DNA of 32,000 nucleotides from contig NZ_JAKNTK010000001.1 of NCBI RefSeq assembly GCF_022440805.1, forward strand, positions 3,988,344 to 4,020,343. Direction: 5' to 3'. Every line of letters starts with the position of its first letter. Position 1 is the first letter of the stretch. Shown piece by piece: positions 7,523-15,644 of this stretch. A program made the position numbers and the translations under genes. Source of the stretch: Holdemania massiliensis. Its GTDB lineage: Bacteria > Bacillota_I > Bacilli_A > Erysipelotrichales > Erysipelotrichaceae. Below the pieces are notes generated by a model. The model made no database searches, was not told the origin of the DNA, and saw nothing but the letters and a program-made list of their open reading frames with translations.

Positions 7523-9451
7523 TCAGCGAACGATGCTGCCCACCGGTAAAGCTTCAACGGAAAGCACTTCGATCTGATCATCGCCCATACCGGCTAAAAT
7601 CATACCCTGTGATTCAACCCCGCGCAGTTTCGCCGGCGCCAGGTTGGTAATGACCACAACCTTCTTGCCAACCATCTGTTCCGGCTTGTAGCTGCCCGCG
7701 ATGCCGCTGACAATCTGCCGCGGTTTCTCCTCACCGATATCAATCTGAGAGACCAGCAGCTTATCGGCTTTCGGATGCTTTTCGCAGGCCAAGACCTGCC
7801 CGACCTTCATTTCAATCTTCGCAAAGTCGTCGATCGTGATCTGCGGCTTCGCTGGTTGGACCGGCTTGGCCGTTGCTTTCTTCGGCTGATCGGCTTCAAT
7901 TTTTTCCAGCATTTCTTTTTCATCAATCCGCGCGAACAGAATCTGCGGTTTCGGCGTAACGTGAATGCCGTCTTCCAGCTGGCCGAAAGTCAGTACGGAA
8001 GCATAGCTGCGCTGTTGGGTCTGGAGCTGATCCAGAATCGCCTTTGATGTTTCAGGCAGATAGCTTTCAAGCAGAATTGCCGCAATCCGAATGCATTCCA
8101 GCAAGTTATACAGCACCGTGGCCAGGCGGTCTTTTTTCGTTTCATCCTTGCCCAGCGCCCATGGCATGGTTTCATCAATGTATTTGTTGCTTCGGCGCAA
8201 GAGTGCGAAAATTTCATCCATAGCATCCGCCACCCGCAGCTCATCCATCTTTTTCTGAACATTGGCCGGCGTCGCTTTCGCCAGAGCGATCAATTCCTCA
8301 TCAATCGGGTCGCTGATCTGCGTCTTACGCACCAACCCGCCGAAGTATTTGTTGGTCATCGACAGCGTGCGGTTGACCAGGTTGCCGAGGATATTGGCCA
8401 GATCCGAATTAATCCGTTCAATCATCAGTTCATAGGTCACTGTGCCATCCTGGGCAAACGGCATTTCGTGAAGCATGATGTAACGTACTGCATCTACGCC
8501 GAAGTAGCGGACTAAATCATCCGCATAGATGACGTTGCCCTTGGACTTGGACATTTTGCCTTCTCCCACCAACAGCCATGGATGACCGAACACCTGCTTC
8601 GGCAGCGGCAGATCCAGCGCCATCAACATAATCGGCCAGTAGATTGTATGGAAGCGCAGAATATCCTTGCCGATCAGATGAACATCAGCCGGCCAGTAAC
8701 GCTTGAACTTTTCTCCATGATTGCCGTCGCAGTCAAAGCCTAAACCCGTGATGTAGTTGGTCAGCGCGTCAATCCAGACATACACGACATGCTTCGGATC
8801 AAAATCCACAGGCACACCCCAGGTAAACGAAGTCCGGGATACACACAGATCCTGCAGTCCCGGTTTAATGAAGTTGTTGATCATCTCATTTTTACGGGAT
8901 TCCGGCTGAATGAACTGTGGATTTTCCTCAATGTGCTTTAACAGCCGATCGGCATACTTGCTCATGCGGAAGAAATAGGCTTCTTCCTTCGCTTTTTCGA
9001 CCGGTGCGCCGCAATCAGGGCATTTTCCGTCCACAATCTGGCTTTCGGTAAAGAAGGATTCGCATGGTTTGCAATACCAGCCCTCATATTCAGACTTATA
9101 GATATCTCCCTGATCATAGAGCTTCTTAAAGATCTTCTGAACCTGACGTTCATGTTCCGGATCGGTTGTCCGCATGAATTTATCATAAGATGTATTCATC
9201 AAATCCCAGATTTCTTTAATCTGACCGGCCACCTGATCAACAAACTGCTGCGGTTCTACCCCGGCAGCTTTGGCTTTGTCCTCGATCTTCTGTCCGTGTT
9301 CATCCGTTCCGGTCTGAAAGAATACGTCATATCCCAGCATTCTCTTATAGCGGGCAATGCTGTCAGCCAGCACGATTTCATAGGTATTGCCGATGTGCGG
9401 CTTGCCTGAGGTGTAGGCGATGGCCGTTGTAATGTAATATTTTTCGCTCAC
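7523..9451 (-). CDS. metG: Methionine--tRNA ligase
   Basis: HIGN and KMSKS class-I motifs. Zn knuckles CKPCE...CPDCG. C-terminal EMAP/Trbp111-type tRNA-binding domain. GTG start at 9451 with AGGAGG 7 nt upstream. The track's longer ORF (to 9517) would run into the T-box terminator. Confidence 0.95.
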   Translation of the reverse strand: MSEKYYITTAIAYTSGKPHIGNTYEIVLADSIARYKRMLGYDVFFQTGTDEHGQKIEDKAKAAGVEPQQFVDQVAGQIKEIWDLMNTSYDKFMRTTDPEHERQVQKIFKKLYDQGDIYKSEYEGWYCKPCESFFTESQIVDGKCPDCGAPVEKAKEEAYFFRMSKYADRLLKHIEENPQFIQPESRKNEMINNFIKPGLQDLCVSRTSFTWGVPVDFDPKHVVYVWIDALTNYITGLGFDCDGNHGEKFKRYWPADVHLIGKDILRFHTIYWPIMLMALDLPLPKQVFGHPWLLVGEGKMSKSKGNVIYADDLVRYFGVDAVRYIMLHEMPFAQDGTVTYELMIERINSDLANILGNLVNRTLSMTNKYFGGLVRKTQISDPIDEELIALAKATPANVQKKMDELRVADAMDEIFALLRRSNKYIDETMPWALGKDETKKDRLATVLYNLLECIRIAAILLESYLPETSKAILDQLQTQQRSYASVLTFGQLEDGIHVTPKPQILFARIDEKEMLEKIEADQPKKATAKPVQPAKPQITIDDFAKIEMKVGQVLACEKHPKADKLLVSQIDIGEEKPRQIVSGIAGSYKPEQMVGKKVVVITNLAPAKLRGVESQGMILAGMGDDQIEVLSVEALPVGSIVR

Positions 9452-9472
9452 AAAAATTCCTCCTTTTTTATA

Positions 9473-9696
9473 ATAAAAAAACGTCCCTGAAAGGACGCTG
9501 ATTTCGCGCGGTACCACCTTACTTCATATCATTTCGATATGCGCTTGCTTCTTAACGCGAAGTCACGTCTTATCCTACGCTGTTCGGATAATCAGTTCCA
9601 AGACCATGTTCACTTTGATTTTCAGTCCTGCTTTCACCTGACCAGGCTCTCTAAATCTAAAATTTCAAAGCTACTCTTCTTTTCTCTACCTTTACG
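9473..9696 (-). promoter_or_regulatory. T-box leader (tRNA-sensing riboswitch), specifier AUG (Met), controlling metG
   Basis: Minus strand carries the T-box core GGTGGTACCGCG (9518-9507). Terminator CGTCCTTTCAGGGACG + TTTTTTT lies at 9499-9473. Stem I elements are AGAGA/AGTA, AGAGAG and a GGTGAAA distal loop. The specifier loop reads TGAAC-ATG-G, with ATG at 9607-9605. Confidence 0.85.
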
Positions 9697-9702
9697 TCCT
9701 TA

Positions 9703-9731
9703 ATTATAGTAGCAGAAATCGCCGATGTAAA
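9703..9731 (-). promoter_or_regulatory. Sigma-A-type promoter of the metG T-box leader (TTTACA-17-TATAAT)
   Basis: -35 TTTACA at 9731-9726 and -10 TATAAT at 9708-9703. The spacer counts to 17 nt. Confidence 0.7.
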
Positions 9732-9797
9732 GCCTTATTCTTTGCCATTCCTGCTTTTTTCTTACGTTTGTTTCACTACCTCTTCACTGATAAAGCA

Positions 9798-9806
9798 TGC
9801 TATAAT
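9798..9806 (+). promoter_or_regulatory. Extended -10 (TGcTATAAT) upstream of the prepilin-like gene
   Basis: TG at 9798-9799 and TATAAT at 9801-9806. No good -35 element. Confidence 0.3.
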
Positions 9807-9833
9807 GGTTATTACAGAGGCGAGGTTATAATT

Positions 9834-10640
9834 ATGAAAAAACAGAAGAAGCGTGGATTCACGTTAATTGAGTTAATTGTCGTCATTGCGATCCTGGTCG
9901 CTTTGTTATTAATATTGGTTCCAAGGTTAACCGGGTTCACTTCCACTGCAGCTGAGGTTCAGTGTCAGCAGACCCGCCAGAAGGTGATGGAGATGTATAA
10001 AGCCTATGAAATAAAAGGTGAACCTGTTTCCGCTAAGGATTTGTTAGCTAATAAAGATGATGAATATTTTATTTCTAAACCGCAGTGTTCTTCCGGTGGG
10101 GAATTGAGTGCTGTTGAAATCAAAGGCTTGGTAACTTTAATCCGTTGCTCCAAACATGGAAGCACGAACTCAGGAAATTTAGATACAACTCCTAAGGGGA
10201 TTCAGAGCGCAATGTTAGAATTCATGAATTTTTTACTAGACGAAAAAACAACCAATCCTAACATTATAAAAGATCTTACCGGGTTTCCTACTTTAAATAA
10301 TGACAGACTCCGAAATTTTATGAAAAATGAAATTTATGGCGGATCTTGGCCATCGTTAAGTGATGACATTGTCAAAGCTGCGAATCTGCCTGATGGAGAT
10401 TACAAGATACAAATCTGCTTCAATCATTATGGCTACGGCGACATCTCTCCTGAAAATGCAATTATCTTTGCATCAACTAGTGAAGCGAATGGAAATTGGA
10501 ACTATAATCTTATTTATGATCAAGATGAGAATTGTTGGTATACTGGCACCAAATCCTTCCCTATCAATAATCAAAGTTGGGCAGAAGTTAAAGAAAAAAT
10601 GGAAAAAAATGGTTGGAAGCCTGTTGAATATACCGAATAA
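9834..10640 (+). CDS. Prepilin-type N-terminal cleavage/methylation domain protein with a large uncharacterised C-terminal domain
   Basis: MKKQKKRG|FTLIELIVVIAILVALLL is a class III signal peptide, with G-1, F+1 and E+5. About 240 aa of non-pilin-sized C-terminal sequence with 6 Cys. Start 9834 is preferred over the track's 9768. Confidence 0.75.
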   Translation: MKKQKKRGFTLIELIVVIAILVALLLILVPRLTGFTSTAAEVQCQQTRQKVMEMYKAYEIKGEPVSAKDLLANKDDEYFISKPQCSSGGELSAVEIKGLVTLIRCSKHGSTNSGNLDTTPKGIQSAMLEFMNFLLDEKTTNPNIIKDLTGFPTLNNDRLRNFMKNEIYGGSWPSLSDDIVKAANLPDGDYKIQICFNHYGYGDISPENAIIFASTSEANGNWNYNLIYDQDENCWYTGTKSFPINNQSWAEVKEKMEKNGWKPVEYTE

Positions 10641-10741
10641 AATTCTTACAACTCCATGACATTCTTCCCGTTCATCAATTTTTATCCTGATGAATTTCTC
10701 TAATCTTCTGTAAGCCCCTGATGGGTGCAGGAGGAAATTAG

Positions 10742-11104
10742 ATGAAAAAATTATGGATGATCGCTTTAACAACAATACTGTTATTCAGTGCTGCCGGTTG
10801 CGGAAAGGAAAAGAAACCAAGCCCGACTCCGGAAGCTACCCCCAGTCCGGAAATTTCAGAACCGATAAAAAGTCCGGATACTTCTGGATCGGAAGAGAAA
10901 ACAATTACTGGCAAGATCAGCGAGATTAAAAATGTCATGTTTGTATTGGATGACGGTCAAGATGCTTATGTCTTTCCATTAGAAGAAGGAACAACGTTGG
11001 AAGGAATTCAGGATGGGGATCAGGTTCAGGTTACCTATACCGGAGAACTGAGTCTTACTGGCGACAGCGAATTAAATACCGTGAAGGTTGAGAAAATAAA
11101 ATAA
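10742..11104 (+). CDS. Small lipoprotein of unknown function
   Basis: Signal peptide with lipobox FSAAGC. Pro/Ser/Thr-rich linker, then a roughly 70-aa beta-rich domain. GGAGGA RBS. Confidence 0.7.
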   Translation: MKKLWMIALTTILLFSAAGCGKEKKPSPTPEATPSPEISEPIKSPDTSGSEEKTITGKISEIKNVMFVLDDGQDAYVFPLEEGTTLEGIQDGDQVQVTYTGELSLTGDSELNTVKVEKIK

Positions 11105-11114
11105 ACTCTGTTTG

Positions 11115-11140
11115 CGAAGGTCAGCTTGCTGACCTTTTTA
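11115..11140 (+). terminator. Rho-independent terminator
   Basis: AAGGTCAG-cttg-CTGACCTT followed by TTTTA. Confidence 0.7.
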
Positions 11141-11209
11141 TGTGTTGTCTTTTAATAAACCGAAGTCTTCGCTTCTACGCTCTCAAATATTCTTTGTATT
11201 ACAAAACAC

Positions 11210-11238
11210 TTGCAATCCCCCAGCATCAGTGGTAGAAT
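11210..11238 (+). promoter_or_regulatory. Candidate promoter TTGCAA-17-TAGAAT for the Ntn-hydrolase gene
   Basis: -35 at 11210-11215 and -10 at 11233-11238. The spacer counts to 17 nt. Confidence 0.4.
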
Positions 11239-11275
11239 GCTTAATGTTTTGTATATCAAATTATTTGGAGGAACT

Positions 11276-12346
11276 ATGAAAAAAACAATCAAACGCCTGT
11301 TGTTAGGCCTACTGGCTGTTCTGATCATCGTGATCGCAGCTTTTGGACTGATGTTCGGCAAGGAAATTCAGACCATCGCTTCGATTAAAAAAGTGGATGA
11401 TTACGGGATGTATTCAATCGAATACAAAGCTGATTACGGTTTGGACAAACTGGTGGAATCCGGCGGAGCATCCAGCGATTCTGAATTGGTTAACTTCGTG
11501 GTCGGAAATCTCTTAAAAGGACTTCCTTTGAAGTTCAATATTCCGGATTTTGGCTGCAGTACGTTTCAGGCAAAAACAGAAGACGGGGACTGGCTGTTCG
11601 GTCGGAATTATGACTTGAATTATGTTCCGAGCATGATCGTCAAAACGAATCCGAAAAACGGCTATGCTTCACTGTCAGTCGCGAATATTTCAGTTTTAGG
11701 TTACGATGCGGATAAGCTGCCGGATAATTTTGCATCAGGAATCATGAGTCTGGCTGCTCCGTATGTCATGATGGACGGCATGAATGAAATGGGCTTTTCA
11801 ATCGGCGTCTTATTGATCAAAGATGAACCCACCCAGCAGAACACTGACAAGCTGGATCTGACTACGACCTCGGCGATGCGCTGGCTTTTAGACAAAGCTG
11901 CCAATGTCGAAGAAGCGATTGCGATGCTTGAAAATATGGATATGCATGCCTCTGCCAATGCTTCTTATCATTTCCAGATGGCTGATGCTCAGGGAAACAG
12001 CGCCGTTATTGAATACATTGACAATGAATTGCGTGTCATCCGCAAAGAACCAGATGGATTACAATATCTGACCAATTTTTTGATCAGTGAAGATGTCTAT
12101 GGTTTCGGCAAGGGTCAGGATCGCTATGAAATTCTTGAAAACACGCTGACTCAGAATCATGGCATCTTATCCGAAATGGAGTCCATGGACCTGCTCCAAG
12201 CTGTCAGTCAGGATAAGATCAGTGAGGATACTGGAAAACAAACCGCTACGCAGTGGTCGGTTGTGTATAACAATACAAAAAAGACCGCAAAGATCGTTGC
12301 AGGAAGAAATTATGATACGGTGATTGAGGTTTCTCTCAGCCGTTAA
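11276..12346 (+). CDS. Membrane-anchored Cys-nucleophile Ntn hydrolase (C45 acyltransferase / choloylglycine-hydrolase-like linear amide C-N hydrolase)
   Basis: Start at MKKTIKR with GGAGGA RBS. N-terminal TM helix. Propeptide of about 93 aa ending DFG|CSTF, then GRNYD; the Gly-Cys junction resembles the autoprocessing site of C45/CBAH enzymes. Confidence 0.7.
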   Translation: MKKTIKRLLLGLLAVLIIVIAAFGLMFGKEIQTIASIKKVDDYGMYSIEYKADYGLDKLVESGGASSDSELVNFVVGNLLKGLPLKFNIPDFGCSTFQAKTEDGDWLFGRNYDLNYVPSMIVKTNPKNGYASLSVANISVLGYDADKLPDNFASGIMSLAAPYVMMDGMNEMGFSIGVLLIKDEPTQQNTDKLDLTTTSAMRWLLDKAANVEEAIAMLENMDMHASANASYHFQMADAQGNSAVIEYIDNELRVIRKEPDGLQYLTNFLISEDVYGFGKGQDRYEILENTLTQNHGILSEMESMDLLQAVSQDKISEDTGKQTATQWSVVYNNTKKTAKIVAGRNYDTVIEVSLSR

Positions 12347-12354
12347 ATTCAATG

Positions 12355-12392
12355 AACTCTTTGTCTGTTTGCCAGACAAGGAGTTTTTTGTT
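12355..12392 (+). terminator. Rho-independent terminator
   Basis: AACTCTTTGTCTG-tttgc-CAGACAAGGAGTT followed by TTTTTG. Confidence 0.7.
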
Positions 12393-12443
12393 TTACCCGT
12401 TGAAAACTTTTTCTTGAAAAATGAAAATTTATTCAAAAACTTG

Positions 12444-12472
12444 TTGACATTCTTTCATTCTTCGCATACACT
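12444..12472 (+). promoter_or_regulatory. Promoter TTGACA-17-TACACT of the second T-box leader
   Basis: -35 at 12444-12449 and -10 at 12467-12472. The spacer counts to 17 nt. Confidence 0.6.
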
Positions 12473-12478
12473 AAGAAC

Positions 12479-12714
12479 AACAAAACATCGAGGAACAGAA
12501 AAAGTAGTCAGAACAAAACCCCAGCGAGCTGATACAGAGTGGAAGGTCAGCGGTACTGATTCTGATGAAAACGCATCTGGGAGATGGCTTTCTGAAACCA
12601 GTAGGAAAGTCCGATTATCCGCGTTAAGGATCTGAGGAGGCCGGACAGACCGGCAATTAGAGTGGCACCGCGAATCCATCGTCTCTAGCTTAGGCTGGGG
12701 ACGATTTTTATTTT
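12479..12714 (+). promoter_or_regulatory. T-box leader upstream of the OppA-family lipoprotein gene; specifier uncertain (CGC Arg favoured, AAC Asn possible)
   Basis: Stem I helices: CATC/GATG (12486-89 / 12583-86), CAGA/TCTG (12496-99 / 12576-79) and TCAGAA/TTCTGA (12508-13 / 12560-65). AGTA S-turn present. Specifier loop reads TGAAAACGCA (12566-12575). T-box core AATTAGAGTGGCACCGCG at 12655-12672. Terminator ATCGTCTCTAGC/GCTGGGGACGAT plus T-run at 12678-12714. Confidence 0.75.
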
Positions 12715-12865
12715 CCCTAATGGGTTCTGGAAAGGAGTGAGAGGATGATCCAGATAGTACAGTTTCAAGTTGACAACCGAAATCGCCCGACCCATCATCC
12801 CGAGAAGCGTTACCGACGATGCTTGCTTAATCCAGATGCTTCAAACTCAAGAAAGGAAAATGAAC

Positions 12866-14494
12866 ATGAAAAAAATCAATTTACTTCTCTGCGCAGGCTT
12901 ATTAATGCTAAGCACTGCCTGCTCTTCTAACCCTTCCTCATCTACGCCAACTCCGCAAACAGCACAGAACGCCATTACCGTTGCCGTCGGCAGCCAGATC
13001 ACCACGCTGGATCCCGGCTACAATACAGAAACTGTCAACAATTACATTTTAGCTCATACCGTTTCCAGCCTGATGACTAAAGATGAAAATGGCACCGTCA
13101 TTCCGGAGCTGGCTGAGGAATACACCGTCAGTGAAGATGGACTGACCTACACCTTAACATTAAAGGAAGGTCTGACCTGGAGCGATGGTCAGGCCCTGAC
13201 CTCCCAGGATTTCAAATACGCGATTTTACGAAATCTGACTTATGGAGCCGATAATTCCTGGGCGATCTACAATCTGACAACCTATCTCAAAGGCGCGGAA
13301 GAGATTGCTTCCAACACCGATCTGGATGCCTCCGCGATTGAAATTGAAGGTGTTGAAACACCGGATGATTCCACGCTGGTACTGAATTTAAAACAACCGT
13401 GTGCTTTCTTTATCAATCTGTTGACCGGCAATGTCTGGGCACCGCTCAGAGCTGACTTTGCGGATGCGCATGATTCAACTTGGGCATTAAAGCCTGGTTA
13501 TCCAAGCATTGGAGCCTATCAGCTGGCCGAATGCAATGAAAATGAAAAAGCGGTGATCGTCAAAAATGACAGCTATTACAAAGCTGACGAAATCACGCTG
13601 GATCAAATCACCTTCCTCGTCATGCCTGACAGTGATGCTCAATCGTTAGCTTATAAAAACGGTGAAATTGATGTGGCACTGAATGTTCCTGTTGATGTCG
13701 GCGTCAATTATCCAAATCAGAATGAAGTCTGGAATATCCCTTCACCTACTTCTTATTTCATCGCTCTCAATTCCGGAGCGACTGCCCCGGAAGCACTGAA
13801 AGAAGCAAAAGTGCGCAAAGCGCTGGCGATCTCGATCGACAAACAGGCTCTGGCTTCAACCTTGGGACCGGAACAATACTACCAGGCACTGGGCGGCTAT
13901 GTTCCTGCCGGTCTGAATGGGATTGATCAGGATTTCCGGAAGGAAGCCGATGCGAAAGGAACAATGCAGGCCTATGATCCAGAACAAGCGAAAGCCTTGT
14001 TAAAGGAAGCCGGCTATGATGAAACTCATCCGCTGAAAATCAAATATAAGTATTCTTCTTCCTTTATCCATTCCGATGTTGCTCAGATTCTCGAAGCGAT
14101 GTGGAAAAATATCGGGATCGACTGTGAATTGGAAGTCGTTGAATCCGGTGTCTTCTATAATCAGATTGACAATGGTGATTTTGAACTTTCCCGTTATGGC
14201 TACACGGCCAGTGATGATCCTTCTCAGTTTCTGACCTTGTGGACAACCGGTCAGCAAGTGGTAGCCGCCGTGGATGATCCGGCTTATGACAAAATGGTAG
14301 CCGAGGCCGCGGCACTGATTGATCACACCGAATATATGGAAGCTCTGCACGCGGTGGAAGAATATCTTGTGGAAGAACAGGCTTACGTCATTCCGCTGTT
14401 CAGCTACAACACGCCGATTCTTAAAAGTGAAAAGATCCAGAATGCGACAAAGAAGGGAACAACGCCATTCTACGGTTATGTCACTTTGCAATAA
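12866..14494 (+). CDS. ABC-type peptide/nickel substrate-binding lipoprotein (family 5, OppA/DppA-like), orphan
   Basis: MKKINLLLCAGLLMLSTAC lipoprotein signal peptide; about 540 aa, typical family-5 SBP length and sequence character. Start 12866 (or 12860) is preferred over the track's 12770, which would lie in the leader region. Confidence 0.8.
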   Translation: MKKINLLLCAGLLMLSTACSSNPSSSTPTPQTAQNAITVAVGSQITTLDPGYNTETVNNYILAHTVSSLMTKDENGTVIPELAEEYTVSEDGLTYTLTLKEGLTWSDGQALTSQDFKYAILRNLTYGADNSWAIYNLTTYLKGAEEIASNTDLDASAIEIEGVETPDDSTLVLNLKQPCAFFINLLTGNVWAPLRADFADAHDSTWALKPGYPSIGAYQLAECNENEKAVIVKNDSYYKADEITLDQITFLVMPDSDAQSLAYKNGEIDVALNVPVDVGVNYPNQNEVWNIPSPTSYFIALNSGATAPEALKEAKVRKALAISIDKQALASTLGPEQYYQALGGYVPAGLNGIDQDFRKEADAKGTMQAYDPEQAKALLKEAGYDETHPLKIKYKYSSSFIHSDVAQILEAMWKNIGIDCELEVVESGVFYNQIDNGDFELSRYGYTASDDPSQFLTLWTTGQQVVAAVDDPAYDKMVAEAAALIDHTEYMEALHAVEEYLVEEQAYVIPLFSYNTPILKSEKIQNATKKGTTPFYGYVTLQ

Positions 14495-14510
14495 TCTCTC
14501 CGTATAAGAG

Positions 14511-14552
14511 AAAAGGATGGATTTCCATAAAACAGTGGAAATCCATCCTTTT
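14511..14552. terminator. Bidirectional terminator between convergent genes
   Basis: Perfect 17-bp stem AAAAGGATGGATTTCCA / TGGAAATCCATCCTTTT with an 8-nt loop. It has A/T runs on both sides. Confidence 0.8.
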
Positions 14553-14555
14553 CCT

Positions 14556-15521
14556 TTACTCGCTTAAAAGTACCGCTTCCAAATCCTGAAGCATCACATC
14601 CAGCGCGGTAATCCCGCCTTCTGCCAGATACCAGACCGTCGGCGTCAAATAGACAATATGTCCCTGCTGCGCCGCTAACGTCTTGGCGGTCAGCTCGTTG
14701 TTCATCACTTCCTCAGCCAGCTTTGCCCCTTCAGTGTTAATCGCAGAATCCCGATCCAACACGAAAATGTATTCCGGGTTCAGCTTGACCAGCAGTTCCA
14801 TGGAAGACTCATTGCCGTGCGTTGAATCCACATCGTCCGCCAAATTGGTGAAACCAATTTCATTGCCGATCAGCGAACAGCGGCTTCCATTGCCCAGAGT
14901 ATTGAAGTTGCTGCTAGTGACCATGCCGATCACCGCGGTTTTGCCTTGGGCTGCCTGGCGCAGAGCTTCGACTCGGCTGTCAAAATGCTGCAGCTGTTCA
15001 GCCGCTTTTTCTTCCATCTTAAATAAGGAAGCGACCTTCATGGCATTCTGTTTTACACTTTCCACGACGCCCAGCTGAGCATCCGTGCTCAAATACACGA
15101 CCGGAGCAATCTTAGACAACGCTTCATATTGGTCGCTTAGCCGGCCGCTGATAAAAATCACATCCGGCTCGCTGGCCATCAGCGCTTCCATATTGACTTC
15201 CTTTAAGGTTCCCAGATTGGCAATGGCTTCATTTTCATTATAAGCTTTTAAATAATCCACCGTAGATGACTTCGGCATCCCGACAACGCGATCGCCCAAG
15301 CCCCAGTTATCCAGCATATCCAAAACCGCCATATCCAACACGGCAATCCGCTGCGGATCGACCGGCACTTCCACGGAGATCATTTCCTGACTTCCGTTCA
15401 GGGTTGTCACTGTCATCGTTTCATTCGGCTTCTGTTCCGACTGACCGGCCTTTTCTGGTTTTGATGCACAGCCGGTAAGTGTCAGCAGTGCTGCCAACAG
15501 GAATATTGTTATTTTTTTCAT
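14556..15521 (-). CDS. Siderophore/iron-complex ABC transporter substrate-binding lipoprotein (YclQ/CeuE/FatB-like)
   Basis: MKKITIFLLAALLTLTGC lipobox. Class III periplasmic-binding-protein character. Last gene of a permease-permease-ATPase-SBP operon. Start at 15521 with AAAGGAG RBS. Confidence 0.8.
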   Translation of the reverse strand: MKKITIFLLAALLTLTGCASKPEKAGQSEQKPNETMTVTTLNGSQEMISVEVPVDPQRIAVLDMAVLDMLDNWGLGDRVVGMPKSSTVDYLKAYNENEAIANLGTLKEVNMEALMASEPDVIFISGRLSDQYEALSKIAPVVYLSTDAQLGVVESVKQNAMKVASLFKMEEKAAEQLQHFDSRVEALRQAAQGKTAVIGMVTSSNFNTLGNGSRCSLIGNEIGFTNLADDVDSTHGNESSMELLVKLNPEYIFVLDRDSAINTEGAKLAEEVMNNELTAKTLAAQQGHIVYLTPTVWYLAEGGITALDVMLQDLEAVLLSE

Positions 15522-15644
15522 TTCTTCTGCTCCTTTTGTTTTTAATTTCGAATCGCAGGGATGCGCCTGCCGCTGGATGCGTTTCATCGCAATTCCGCTT
15601 TTAAGCATAATCCCCCTTTTTTTGACAAGTCCGCTTCTTATCGA

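Noticed and set aside
9452-9517. N-terminal extensions in the ORF track: metG to 9517, prepilin-like from 9768, Ntn hydrolase from 11210, OppA-like from 12770, siderophore SBP to 15608, TetR from 27105, FprA to 29254, MerR to 7411.
   Set aside because: In each case an internal start has a proper AGGAGG-type RBS and yields a canonical N-terminus (signal peptide, HTH or HIGH region). The extensions run through terminators or leaders, or add non-homologous residues.
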